64,000 bases of DNA. It comes from a bacterium. GTDB taxonomy: Bacteria; Electryoneota; Electryoneia; Electryoneales; Electryoneaceae. Location: assembly GCA_020444425.1 (NCBI GenBank), contig JAHLLB010000002.1, positions 13,250 to 77,249 on the forward strand, read 5' to 3'. Position 1 is the first letter of the stretch. Each line of letters begins with the position of its first letter. The position numbers and the translations under genes are program-made. This document shows, piece by piece, positions 50,101 to 58,927 of this stretch. The notes beneath the pieces were generated by a model. The model was not told the DNA's origin, ran no database searches, and saw only the letters and a program-made list of their open reading frames with translations.

Positions 50101-50391
50101 CATGCGAGTCTGATCGACCACGCTTCCACCTTGCAACGCTGCCGGCGGCAGGTGAAACCAGAGCACGTCGAGTTCGTCGGGTGAATGGTTGACGTAGGTG
50201 ATCGTCGCCGTGCCTGTCATCGACCGCAGGCTGTCAATCAGCGTGACGTCGATGTCGTAATTCACGGACTGCTGCCAGTCAGGAGAACGTTCTGCGTAAG
50301 ATATGGGTGCGATGCAGAGGATGAGGCTGAGTGTGACAAGAAATGCTGCGAGGGGAATTTTTGCGTGAATCTCTTCGGAATCGTCAATCAT
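47185..50391 (-). CDS. Large secreted M1-family zinc aminopeptidase (gluzincin)
   Basis: It has the HEXXH-x18-E site (MIHEVVHNYT...WIDEGFTTYLE) and a signal peptide. At about 1070 aa it has N- and C-terminal extensions much longer than those of canonical M1 enzymes. Confidence 0.8.
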   Translation of the reverse strand: MIDDSEEIHAKIPLAAFLVTLSLILCIAPISYAERSPDWQQSVNYDIDVTLIDSLRSMTGTATITYVNHSPDELDVLWFHLPPAALQGGSVVDQTRMRSRDKHWSRQPEATWGDLKVGQVRSLDGRTASFDQDYSIGQLHLDPPIQPGDSASFVLPFTTRFPTGGSQSRMGYSRGQYKGAYWYPQICPYTPEFGWTVNRYFGTGEAYGEFGDFTIRYTVPYKYIIASTGELVNESEVLPPERMKGLTLGNPFPTPIPEGEEGVRPITWIFQADQVPDVTFAMDPKFLIDRVDFGHFEAWSFSRRDQTDDWSDAAEVCGWTIQQLEEIYGPYPWPRVQASYSWSAMEYPMLTLMSWSSPQYVQVMIHEVVHNYTPMILHSNSQDEQWIDEGFTTYLEHVLLTKYEGTEVNKYRTYSRGLFSEEMIVRDADVRGQRPYLEAVLAGEDLPMVRASDTADDYPLLRVSSYYKGPVMLNTLRGVIGDEAFWRGFKILYQRHALTHVSSDDVVSSFEDASGQSLKWFFDQFLYSAVDLDYALENVDLDRNPSGGNTLRFTVHRKDEMKIPPLIGVITTDGDTLRGAVPFLPTDVVPEGYEAWGSWDQWHMPNARIRIEVQLPGDMKPAAILLDPDGFWTDRDPANNHWPWQAPKLAFDPILTPQPLPDLERWQMNVSPAMGYNLDTRLMAGLSVRGSYLEREDILLADVLIPSNNIDTYLPQYRVGFATPINRDFGPTYGTVYFGNMHGDAWGEIGLRRSWRKWNSSINRITWSIKAGSWERYNSTLNATLSAPGSERGTLITGSNPLARVAVPPALNHQYASQAGATPYLRAKANFAGRFGRIPWKEELHWTIGLDDDFNVATWSIELAGSLPLGWELGTEARASVANGSAPARFIDAPGGAAPYEVMGSPLYGGAWNTVDLNLPPVRSPQSAHYSRLPRPHAPASLASDLGAVYTDRFLALRFSQLNKLPQLLRRTGQVHVDRFLDRIRLGIFESGMLFRNIRSNDVAFGGELGVEAGLVDFYGLSFSARLAPVYASDDYERTLDEIHSWTGQDFLDHTVVYVNLNLDPYFR

Positions 50392-51259
50392 ACTCGACGT
50401 ACAGGGTTTCGGTGAGGTTGATTTGATCCAGTCCACGTTTCCGCTCCTCTGTCGTATAATAGTAGTTGGGCGAGAGCTCCATCATGCAGTAGGTGCGGCC
50501 GAGTTCACGTGCCGCCTGCATGGTTGACCCGGAACCGGCGAACGGGTCGAGAACCAGTTCGTTCGGCTGGGTGCTCTTCGATATCAACAATTTCAACAGT
50601 TTAACGGGTTTCTCTGTGGAGTGAGTCAGCTTCTTCGTTGACAGCTTCGGGAAGTGCAGCACGTTCGATTCACGCTTGCCATTCAGCACTCGCCGCCCCT
50701 TGTGCAGGAAAATGATCCACTCATCCTGGGGAGCGTAGTCACCGCGCAAATCGCCGCTACCGTGGTTGTTCTTCACCCAGATAAGGGTACGCTTGATCTT
50801 GAATCCAGCGTCCTTGAACGCCGTGATGAACTCGGGGTAGGTATCATGCCGGCAGAAGCAGTACAGGTGGCGGTCGTTCTTCAGCACACGAAACGCCTCA
50901 TTCGCGAAGCGCGGAATCCAGTCGCCCTGGTTGTCGTTGGCGAGGTGCTGGAATTTTGCGTTGACGACACGCCGGTTCGACTTGTAGTTGATGTTGTAGG
51001 GCGGGTCGGTGAGGATCAGATCAGCGGTTTCATCGGGCATGCTGGAGAGCACGTCCTTGTTGTCACCGTACCAGATGGTATTGTCCCAGGACCCGAGGTG
51101 ATCACGGCCGTTGAATCTGCGCGTGCCAAGTTCAATACCGATCTCGTCCGGGATCGACAATTCAGCTGTAACTTCCTTCAGCTTCTTCTTGCCGTTTCCG
51201 TTGAGGACGGGTGGTTCGAACCCTGGCAGGTGCAACTGTTCGTCGTGATGTTCGGTCAC
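50384..51259 (-). CDS. Orphan beta-class DNA methyltransferase (N6-adenine or N4-cytosine)
   Basis: Motif IV (LILTDPPYN) lies before motif I (LVLDPFAGSGST), which is the beta-class order. The likely start is a GTG (VTEHHDEQ) that overlaps the PfkB stop as GTGA. No restriction-endonuclease gene is adjacent. Confidence 0.72.
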   Translation of the reverse strand: MTEHHDEQLHLPGFEPPVLNGNGKKKLKEVTAELSIPDEIGIELGTRRFNGRDHLGSWDNTIWYGDNKDVLSSMPDETADLILTDPPYNINYKSNRRVVNAKFQHLANDNQGDWIPRFANEAFRVLKNDRHLYCFCRHDTYPEFITAFKDAGFKIKRTLIWVKNNHGSGDLRGDYAPQDEWIIFLHKGRRVLNGKRESNVLHFPKLSTKKLTHSTEKPVKLLKLLISKSTQPNELVLDPFAGSGSTMQAARELGRTYCMMELSPNYYYTTEERKRGLDQINLTETLYVEYD

Positions 51260-52227
51260 GCTGTCAACTCCTCGAATCCCCCATCCGCCTGATGCACCCG
51301 CAGCAGGCTCAGCACCTCTTCCCTGGTTGGAAGCGTCCCTCTCGCTCCCAGCGCGGTTGTGGACAACGCCGCAGCAGCGGAGGCCCAACGCACGCATGCA
51401 TCAAATGTCCACCCCATCAGCAGGCCGTGGATGAAGCCGGCGTGGAAAATGTCCCCGGCTCCGGTTGTGTCAACCGCCTTTACCGGATACGCCGTCATCC
51501 ACGTTGGATCGCAGCCCCTTGCCAGTGCAACCGATCCGCCAGCCCCGTTTGTGATGATCACGCCTTTCGCAGCTCCTGCCGGGCCTCTGGCCAGAAGTTC
51601 ACGCGTGGCGACAAACATGTCAACGTTGCCAAAGTAATCGCGTGTGAAACTGACTGGTACGATCAGCCAGTCGGTCACCGCGAGCAAGTCGTCCATACGG
51701 TCACGAACGTGCCCCGCGTCGAGAACGACGTCAACCTCATTGTCTCTCGCAATCTTCGCCGCCTCGAGCGCGGCTTCCGTTTCCCAGCCATCAAGGAGCA
51801 GACAACGAGCGGTTGAGATTGCTTCGGAAGATAACTCATCGGGCGAGAGAGGCGCAAGATCACGATCCAAAACGATCGTTCGCCGCCCCGATTTCTTCTC
51901 CACCCAGATGGATGCGGACGGAGTGAGAGCCGTGGAGCGGACTTGCAGAGATTCGGTGTGGACTCCGATCCGGTCCAGCTCGGCGCGAATGCGCTCTCCT
52001 TCCACGTCTCCACCGATACCTGCCTGCAGAGTTGTCCGCCATCCCCACATAGCGAGTTGGCATAACGCGTTTGGTACCGGGCTGCCGCTACCCTGCCAGC
52101 GGTCGAGGGCGACGGTCTTCTGGTCCACCTCCGGATGTTTCTCCACCAACAGCGCGCGGTCATAGACCGCCCGTCCGACGCCAACGGCGTCGAAGGTACG
52201 TCCGGGTGTTGGTGCATTGTCCATCAC
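51256..52227 (-). CDS. PfkB-family carbohydrate or nucleoside kinase (ribokinase-like)
   Basis: It has the glycine-rich N-terminus and the anion-hole motif VDTTGAGDIFHAGF. The substrate cannot be determined from the sequence. Confidence 0.78.
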   Translation of the reverse strand: MMDNAPTPGRTFDAVGVGRAVYDRALLVEKHPEVDQKTVALDRWQGSGSPVPNALCQLAMWGWRTTLQAGIGGDVEGERIRAELDRIGVHTESLQVRSTALTPSASIWVEKKSGRRTIVLDRDLAPLSPDELSSEAISTARCLLLDGWETEAALEAAKIARDNEVDVVLDAGHVRDRMDDLLAVTDWLIVPVSFTRDYFGNVDMFVATRELLARGPAGAAKGVIITNGAGGSVALARGCDPTWMTAYPVKAVDTTGAGDIFHAGFIHGLLMGWTFDACVRWASAAAALSTTALGARGTLPTREEVLSLLRVHQADGGFEELTA

Positions 52228-53777
52228 GGAGCCGAAGTCAATTCGGGCGGGATATCTCCGGGTTCAAACCGGGCTACATAATAGTCGTCAATTATACCGT
52301 CGGTTTTCAACTGCTGCGCGTACGCGGTGGCTTCTTCCGTTGACGCGTAGTGACCGAGGTGAACCCGGTACCAGATCTTGTTGTCCTGGTTTGTGGTGAC
52401 GAGGTAGGCGTCCTGATTCTGTCGGCGCAAGCTGCGGATCATCTGAACCGCACGTTCCCGTGTCGGTAATGCGCTCACCTGCAACGTGTACGGCAATTCA
52501 GACTGAACGGCCGTCTGCACCGGTTCCTGCGATTCGGCAGGCGTTTCGTCTGAATCGAGAGCCCGGTAGATGCCGAAACCGATGACGGCCAGGATAACCA
52601 GTGCCGCAGCCACAATCAGCCACGGCCGGATTCCATGCTTGACGTCTTCCCCGACCGGTGGGATCGTGTAGTCGCCTTCCTGGTCGATCCCTTCCCTGCC
52701 TTCCGCATCGAACGGAATCGTCATCGCCGTTTTCGCCGGGGTTTTCTTTTCAGGGGCGATAATCCTGGGTTCGTCTTTCGAATCCGCTTCAAACTGAATG
52801 TTGTCGGCATCATCCCAGATCGACTCGATCGGTGGAGCCTCCTCGCGTGTGCCAAACGGCGAGAACAGCTGCGTGACCTCCTCGGCATCGGCATCTTCCG
52901 AATCACTGGAGGAATGGGTCAACGAGCGCAATGTCGCCACCAGCTCCGGGTCTGATCCGGAACTCTCCAGGGCGTCGGCAGTGCGCTTCATCTCCGCAGT
53001 CAACTCGAGCGAGGATTGCTGCTGCAGGAAGGCGTCAACGAATATCCGGCCCGCGATTTCATCACGACGACGTGTCGCCAGCAATCGGCGTGTCAACGGC
53101 GGCAGCAGCACCTGTTTCAGCGTGTCATTGGCACCCTGATACGCCCGAATCCACGACTGTTCGAGCACAATCAACTGGTCGGCGGGATGGCTGGAAAGCT
53201 CCCGTGTCATCGATTCCCGGGCCAGACGCACCGCGAGCCCGGTTTCATAGGGGCGATCCTTCAACAGCGCCAACCCGACGCGCCACGCGGTTTCGCTGAG
53301 GAATTCGCTGCTCTTCAGTGCCGCCCGGGTTTCGTCCATCAGAGTCGGATTCTGCCGGATGTGCGACCAGGCGAGCAGGTAGATGTCCCACGCCCACGCG
53401 TCCCGCTCATGCCGTTGCAGCAGAATGGTGGCGAGGTTTCGCAGGTAGCGGGCGAGCAAACGGTCCGCGATCGGAGGAAAGATTGCCGGTCCGGACAACC
53501 GGCGGATAACCTTGCGCACGGTCTGTTCGCCACCGTCGGGGATGACCCCGTTTTCAAGCGGTTGCCAATGCTTGCGCCAGTACAGAATGAGCCAGCCGTC
53601 GATCAGCAACAGAGCCAGCCCGATCCCCACCAGAAGCGGCGCGAACAACATCACCGCCGGGAACAGGGTCGGCAGGTTTGTGCCGGGCAGGACAAACAGC
53701 CAGAGTACCAGTAGCATCAGCAGGGCGAGGATCATGCCGGTCGCAAGCCGGGCGAGGATCGCGGAGAACCAGTTCAT
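52224..53777 (-). CDS. Membrane protein with a C-terminal SPOR (septal peptidoglycan-binding) domain
   Basis: It has two N-terminal transmembrane helices, a soluble middle region of about 300 aa that contains an acidic stretch, a third transmembrane helix (RPWLIVAAALVILAVIGFGIY), and a C-terminal SPOR-like module (YTLQVSALPTRERAVQM...IWYRVHLGHYASTEEATAYAQQLK). Confidence 0.5.
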   Translation of the reverse strand: MNWFSAILARLATGMILALLMLLVLWLFVLPGTNLPTLFPAVMLFAPLLVGIGLALLLIDGWLILYWRKHWQPLENGVIPDGGEQTVRKVIRRLSGPAIFPPIADRLLARYLRNLATILLQRHERDAWAWDIYLLAWSHIRQNPTLMDETRAALKSSEFLSETAWRVGLALLKDRPYETGLAVRLARESMTRELSSHPADQLIVLEQSWIRAYQGANDTLKQVLLPPLTRRLLATRRRDEIAGRIFVDAFLQQQSSLELTAEMKRTADALESSGSDPELVATLRSLTHSSSDSEDADAEEVTQLFSPFGTREEAPPIESIWDDADNIQFEADSKDEPRIIAPEKKTPAKTAMTIPFDAEGREGIDQEGDYTIPPVGEDVKHGIRPWLIVAAALVILAVIGFGIYRALDSDETPAESQEPVQTAVQSELPYTLQVSALPTRERAVQMIRSLRRQNQDAYLVTTNQDNKIWYRVHLGHYASTEEATAYAQQLKTDGIIDDYYVARFEPGDIPPELTSAP

Positions 53778-56005
53778 CGGCGGCCTCCACGAGATTCAAG
53801 ATCCTCAACAGACGGAATCGAATCCATCGGGTCTTCGTACAGCAGCGAGTCGAAGGCGTCCTGCGGCGTGAACCCACCCCACCGTGCGCGGACGCTGTCC
53901 CACGGCGGCACGTAGAATGGTGATTCCGCCCACGGCATCCCGACGTACTGATCCCACTCGGCCATCACCCGGTCCAGATTGTCCCAGTCTTCGATGCGAT
54001 CCAGCATCAGCAACCGGTAGTCGGGCAGTTCGGTGTCCTCATGCACAGCGAGACGGATCCCGCCCGGTTCGTCCGGCTCCATCAACTCGCCTGTCGCCGG
54101 ATGAATCTTGACGGTTCGTACCCCTGTCGGAACCCGGAATTCGCGTGGCGGATCGCCCTCGGTCGCGCGTTTCATGAACACCGTCCACACGGGCAGCGCG
54201 CCGGTGGTACCCGTAATCCCGGCGCCGGATGCTGCACGCATTGGCCGGTTGTCGTCGTACCCGACCCAGGCGCAGGTCGCCAGCCGTGGTGTCGCACCGA
54301 GGAACCATGAGTCGCGGTAATCGTTGGTCGTGCCTGTTTTGCCAATGGCGGGCAGGTCAAAGCCCATCCGTCGCACCGACCGGCCGGTTCCACCTTCAAT
54401 CACACCCTGCATCATGTCGATCAGCAGGTAAACGTCGTCGGCGTCAAACGCTGGATTCCGCCGCACAATCTGTTCTTCCAGCACTCGTCCGTGCAGGTCT
54501 TCCACGCGCGTGACCAGGTACGGATCGACGGCCTGCCCGAGGTTGGCGATGCCCGCGCCGATCCCCGCCAATTCGATGGCGTTGACCGAGGTCGCGCCCA
54601 GGGCAATTGCGGGATTCGGAGTCTGTTCGGAATGAACGTTGAAACGGTACAGCGATTCGACCATCGCATCCGCGTCGATGGTCATCACCAGCTTGGCGGC
54701 GACGGTGTTCAGCGACCGCATCAACGCCACTTTCAACGGCATCACGCCGTAGAATCGCGGGGTGAAATTTCGCGGTGTCCATGGCCGGGAACCGGGAATG
54801 GTGATCGTTACCGATGAGTCGCTGACCATAGACGCCGGGGTGATCCCTGCTTGTTCAATCGCCGTCAGATACAGCACCGGTTTCAGCACCGAACCCATGT
54901 TGCGTGAGGACTGAATGGTGCGGTTGAACTGACTCTGCACCCAGTCACGCCCACCGACCAGCGCCCGGACTGCGCCTGTCGCGGCCTCGACGGAGACCAA
55001 CGCCCCCTGCGGACGGTCGACCGAATCCCGTTTCGCTGCGTTCCATTCCGGCAGGCCCATGCGTTCGTCGAGCATCGCCAGACCTTCCTGCACTGACTCG
55101 ACGGCGTAGCGTTGCAGCAGCGGGTCCATCGTCGTATAAATCTTCAGCCCACCGTGGTAGAGGACGGTCTGTCCGTAGCGTTCCTCGAGTTCGTCGAGGA
55201 CGGCATCGAGGAAATACGATCCTTCGTCCGCGTGGTCGTAGAGCGGCCGGTAGTGGAGTGTTGTGTTCAATGCGCGCTGGTACTCGGTTTGCGTGATCCA
55301 GCCGAGGCTGAACATGCGGTACAATACCCAGCTCTGGCGTTCGCGGGCGAGTTCCGGATTGCGGTAAGGATTGTACCGGGACGGACTCTGCGGCAACCCG
55401 GCGAGTAGTGTGGCTTCGGCGAGGGTCAATTCAGATGCATGCTTGCCGAAATACACCCGCGCGGCTTCCTCGACACCGTACGCGAAGTTCCCGAACGGGA
55501 TACCGTTGATGTATGCTTCGAGGATATCGTCCTTGCTGAACCGCCGTTCTATTTCGAACGCTGCGAGGATTTCCTTGAACTTGCGGGACCAGGATTTTTC
55601 GAAGCTGAAGAAAAGGTTTTTCGCAAGTTGCTGGCTGATCGTACTGCCGCCGCGGGCATCGTTTCCGAAGATGGCGCTGACCGTTGCACGGATGAGCGCG
55701 GGTTTGTCAATGCCGGCGTGGGAATAGAACTGGTCGTCCTCGACGGCGAGCACCGCCTGGCGGAACACCGGCGCGACACGTTCAATCGGAATCGAACTGC
55801 GTCCACCCACCTGCGCGATGATGGAGCCGTCCGCCGCAAACACCTCGGTTGGCGGCACAGAAATCAACTCGGACAGTTCAGCGGGCACTCGCGGCACCGT
55901 TGGCACCACCACCGCGATCATGATCAGAATCGTGAACACGACCGCGACGAACGCGCCAAGGAAGGAGTACGTCAGGATTGTGAGCACTCGCGGAAAACCG
56001 TTCAC
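53774..56005 (-). CDS. mrcA: Class A penicillin-binding protein (PBP1A-type bifunctional transglycosylase/transpeptidase)
   Basis: It has a GT51 domain (EDDQFYSHAGID...RKFKE) and a transpeptidase domain (SxxK/SxN/KTG, seen as KTGTTND). The start may be an internal GTG that overlaps the upstream stop as GTGA. The track ORF starts at an ATG at 56080. Confidence 0.9.
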   Translation of the reverse strand: MNGFPRVLTILTYSFLGAFVAVVFTILIMIAVVVPTVPRVPAELSELISVPPTEVFAADGSIIAQVGGRSSIPIERVAPVFRQAVLAVEDDQFYSHAGIDKPALIRATVSAIFGNDARGGSTISQQLAKNLFFSFEKSWSRKFKEILAAFEIERRFSKDDILEAYINGIPFGNFAYGVEEAARVYFGKHASELTLAEATLLAGLPQSPSRYNPYRNPELARERQSWVLYRMFSLGWITQTEYQRALNTTLHYRPLYDHADEGSYFLDAVLDELEERYGQTVLYHGGLKIYTTMDPLLQRYAVESVQEGLAMLDERMGLPEWNAAKRDSVDRPQGALVSVEAATGAVRALVGGRDWVQSQFNRTIQSSRNMGSVLKPVLYLTAIEQAGITPASMVSDSSVTITIPGSRPWTPRNFTPRFYGVMPLKVALMRSLNTVAAKLVMTIDADAMVESLYRFNVHSEQTPNPAIALGATSVNAIELAGIGAGIANLGQAVDPYLVTRVEDLHGRVLEEQIVRRNPAFDADDVYLLIDMMQGVIEGGTGRSVRRMGFDLPAIGKTGTTNDYRDSWFLGATPRLATCAWVGYDDNRPMRAASGAGITGTTGALPVWTVFMKRATEGDPPREFRVPTGVRTVKIHPATGELMEPDEPGGIRLAVHEDTELPDYRLLMLDRIEDWDNLDRVMAEWDQYVGMPWAESPFYVPPWDSVRARWGGFTPQDAFDSLLYEDPMDSIPSVEDLESRGGRR

Positions 56006-56871
56006 AAGCCCATTCCCCCGCCCGGAATCATTCGTTGCACCTCTTCCGCGAGCTGCTGACCGGTGTGCTTCGTCAGCCAATACACATAGACCCGTTGCGT
56101 ATCGCCCTGCTGCACCTCAAACGCGATCTGCCACATGCCGTCTTCCGGCTTCGTTGGTAGACCGACCAGCGTCAGCTCGCCCTCAAGGCCGGAAATCCAG
56201 CGGATGTCGCTACCGTCCAGCTCCACAGGTCCGTTGGGTGCAAGAGCGTTGAAGAACGTTTCGGCGTCCAATACCAGTGGGAACCGCTCCATTTCACGCA
56301 AACTGCGTTCAATCGGCACTCGCAACGACTCGTAGCGGTTGAAGAAATCGTCTGACAAACGGCCTTCGTGCAGAACGAAGTTGTCCGCACTGATCAGGTA
56401 GACCTTGTAGCGATTGTCTTCTTCCACGAAGAACACTCGCCGCCAGTCGCCGCTGGATCGCGAACGCAACAGGCTGATCGGGTCGACCAGCGATTCCTGG
56501 AATGCGGTCGGCAGTTGCCCGTAGAGTGTGAGGAAGCGTTCCGGACTGATAGAGAAGACCTGGAAGGAATCGAGGATGGCGGGGATCTGTTCCCACGTGT
56601 CAAGGGTTGCCCCGGCGGCACGGCGGTGGCGGGTCATCGCAGCCATGTCGCTCAACTTGTCGAGAGCTTCGGTACCTTCCCGGTTCAGATCCCACCCGCG
56701 CCCGACTTCCTCTCGCAGATCCTGCGAATCGAGCATGTACGCGCCCAGAGCCTGCTCCACGGGCGAGTACATCCACTCCAGCCCTCCTGCGACGAGGATC
56801 AGCAGAGTTAACAGGGTTGGAACCAACCAGCCAGAGTTTCCCGCACCCGCCCACCGGCGGGCCTGGGCTAC
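56002..56871 (-). CDS. Unknown membrane-anchored protein between the glycosyltransferase genes and PBP1A
   Basis: It has one N-terminal transmembrane helix (WLVPTLLTLLILVAGGL) followed by a periplasmic-looking domain of about 260 aa with no motifs I recognise. The start is set at a GTG adjacent to the GT2 stop. The long track ORF would overlap GT2 by 175 nt. Confidence 0.4.
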   Translation of the reverse strand, partial: VAQARRWAGAGNSGWLVPTLLTLLILVAGGLEWMYSPVEQALGAYMLDSQDLREEVGRGWDLNREGTEALDKLSDMAAMTRHRRAAGATLDTWEQIPAILDSFQVFSISPERFLTLYGQLPTAFQESLVDPISLLRSRSSGDWRRVFFVEEDNRYKVYLISADNFVLHEGRLSDDFFNRYESLRVPIERSLREMERFPLVLDAETFFNALAPNGPVELDGSDIRWISGLEGELTLVGLPTKPEDGMWQIAFEVQQGDTQRVYVYWLTKHTGQQLAEEVQRMIPGGGMGL

Positions 56872-57797
56872 AAGTTCCCGGTCAGATTTCGGGATGGAGG
56901 CCAAGGCACCGGATCCTTCAGCTTTGTTCGCCACGCCCGCAAATAAGCGATCGCGGGTTTCGGACCGTCGGCGAGATAGAGGAACGCCGTGTAGAATACC
57001 ACAAACGGGGGTGTCAGAAGCCGCCTGACAAAACGCAGGCAAGGCGGTGTCCAGCGTTCGAAGAACAGGCGTCCGGCCAATGTCCGGTAGGCCATCTTCA
57101 ACGGCGAGCGTCCCCCTCCACTACTCGCGGACACGTTATGCACGAGAACCGCTTCCGGATTGACGACCATGCGTTTTTCCGCTCGCCACACCCGGGTGGA
57201 CCAGTCCACGTCTTCTGCGTACATGCCGTAACTGGAATCAAGTTCCCCATGATCATCCCACGCCCACGCCGGACTGAGCCAGCAACATCCGGTGACAAAT
57301 TGCGTATCGAAAGGTGATTTACGGAATTCGGAGAGCCGCTCGTGCTGTCCGTTGTGTCTCGTCCACGAGATCGGAAACAGGACCTGACCGCCGGCATACC
57401 AGATACGGTCGTCCGGGCTGTCGTACAGAATCACCGGGCTGACCGCGGCGATGTGTTCATGGCGGTCGTTGTCGAGGAACGTCGCCAGCGAATCGACCAT
57501 ACCGGGTTGCACGCGCACATCCGGGTTGATCAGGCCGATGTAGGGGAATCCGCATTCCAGTGCGTAGCGGATGCCAATGTTGGTCGCTTCGGCGAACGGT
57601 TTGTTGTCGTCATGGCCGATGTAATAGACTCGACCGGAGAGGTGCGATGCGCGCACGCCGGACCCATCTGTCGTGCCGTTATCCACCAGGATCAGCAGGT
57701 CATCATCCGATAAATCCGCGAGCAGGGAGTTCACCGACGCGAGGGTTTCTTCACCCCCGTTGTGGTTCACCATGACAAATGCTGCTCGCAAATTCAC
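56868..57797 (-). CDS. Glycosyltransferase family 2
   Basis: It has a GT-A fold with LILVDNGTTDGS and a DxD-like motif. The start is proposed at a GTG that overlaps the GT4 stop as GTGA. The alternative ATG at 57833 would overlap GT4 by 40 nt. Confidence 0.72.
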   Translation of the reverse strand: MNLRAAFVMVNHNGGEETLASVNSLLADLSDDDLLILVDNGTTDGSGVRASHLSGRVYYIGHDDNKPFAEATNIGIRYALECGFPYIGLINPDVRVQPGMVDSLATFLDNDRHEHIAAVSPVILYDSPDDRIWYAGGQVLFPISWTRHNGQHERLSEFRKSPFDTQFVTGCCWLSPAWAWDDHGELDSSYGMYAEDVDWSTRVWRAEKRMVVNPEAVLVHNVSASSGGGRSPLKMAYRTLAGRLFFERWTPPCLRFVRRLLTPPFVVFYTAFLYLADGPKPAIAYLRAWRTKLKDPVPWPPSRNLTGNL

Positions 57798-58927
57798 CCG
57801 TCCTCCAACACGTTTGCCGCCAGGGCTGACCACGAATAGATGTCAGCAGCCTGCTCGGCGATGACGTTTCGTTTTCGCCGCCACGTCTCTAATCCAGAAT
57901 TAAGGAATCGTTTCAAGGCAACAACAAGGCTTTCCGTGTCGCCGGGTTCCGCGAGGCACCCGTTTTCGCCTTCGCGGATGATCTCGCTCAACGCACCGGT
58001 GGCAGTGGCAATGACCGGCGCTCCGGCCGCCAGCGCAATCATCGCGATACCACTCTGTGTTGCATGCCTGTAGGGTAACACGACAGCGTCCGCCGCCTCG
58101 CAGCGCAGCGCCATCTCATCGTCACTCAGGTAACGATTATCCAGCCGGACGCGTTCCCCATGCCCGAGTTCGCGTTGCAATTCCTGGTAGCTGGAAATAT
58201 CGTCGTAAAATTCACCAATTACATCGAGCTGGAGCTCTCGCTCGACCTGGGCAACAGCACGCAGCAGAACGTCGACGCCCTTGTACTCACGCACCAGCCC
58301 AAGGTGAACGAAATAGGGTGTCTCTTCGCCGATGCCAAGCGTCTTCCGCGCCTCAACGTACCGTGTGAGCGGCTCGCAGTCTTCCCGTCCGGCAAAGAAA
58401 TGGCTGTACACCGGATGCGGTTGCACCACTCCCGTTGTCCTCGGCGCAATTTTTTGCAGCACGCTCAACTGATCGTTCGCGCCAACGATGACCCGATCCG
58501 CCTGCCGGTAAAGCCCCGGATTGAGCGTCCGCCCGATAGCGGCGTGTTCATGGGGCAGCACGTTATGCGCGATAACCACCCTGGGCTTGACACCAGCCCA
58601 GCGCGCGATGAACCTCAGGCAGGGGGCGAAGAACGGATGCCAGTGCTGCACGATGAGCCGTTCCGCGCCGAAACTGCGGATCAGTTTGATCGCGGTCAAC
58701 CACGTATTCGGTTTCCACGCGTTCAGGATCGGATAGGAATCAACAACCGGGTCGGCATTGTCGTCATACTGGTTGCTGCCCGGAAACAGGAAGGCTGGAT
58801 ACAGCACGTCGTAGCTGATCGGGAGTACGTCATGGCCCTGCTCAAGCAGCTCGTTCAGCAGGTTGAGATTGTAACTTGAGATGCCGCCACGTAGCGGTGG
58901 CAGCGGGCCAATCAGGGCTAGTTTCAT
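57794..58927 (-). CDS. Glycosyltransferase family 4 (GT-B, retaining)
   Basis: It has the GT4 N-terminus (MKLALIGPLPPLRGGIS) and a C-terminal EX7E-type region. Confidence 0.8.
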   Translation of the reverse strand: MKLALIGPLPPLRGGISSYNLNLLNELLEQGHDVLPISYDVLYPAFLFPGSNQYDDNADPVVDSYPILNAWKPNTWLTAIKLIRSFGAERLIVQHWHPFFAPCLRFIARWAGVKPRVVIAHNVLPHEHAAIGRTLNPGLYRQADRVIVGANDQLSVLQKIAPRTTGVVQPHPVYSHFFAGREDCEPLTRYVEARKTLGIGEETPYFVHLGLVREYKGVDVLLRAVAQVERELQLDVIGEFYDDISSYQELQRELGHGERVRLDNRYLSDDEMALRCEAADAVVLPYRHATQSGIAMIALAAGAPVIATATGALSEIIREGENGCLAEPGDTESLVVALKRFLNSGLETWRRKRNVIAEQAADIYSWSALAANVLEDG

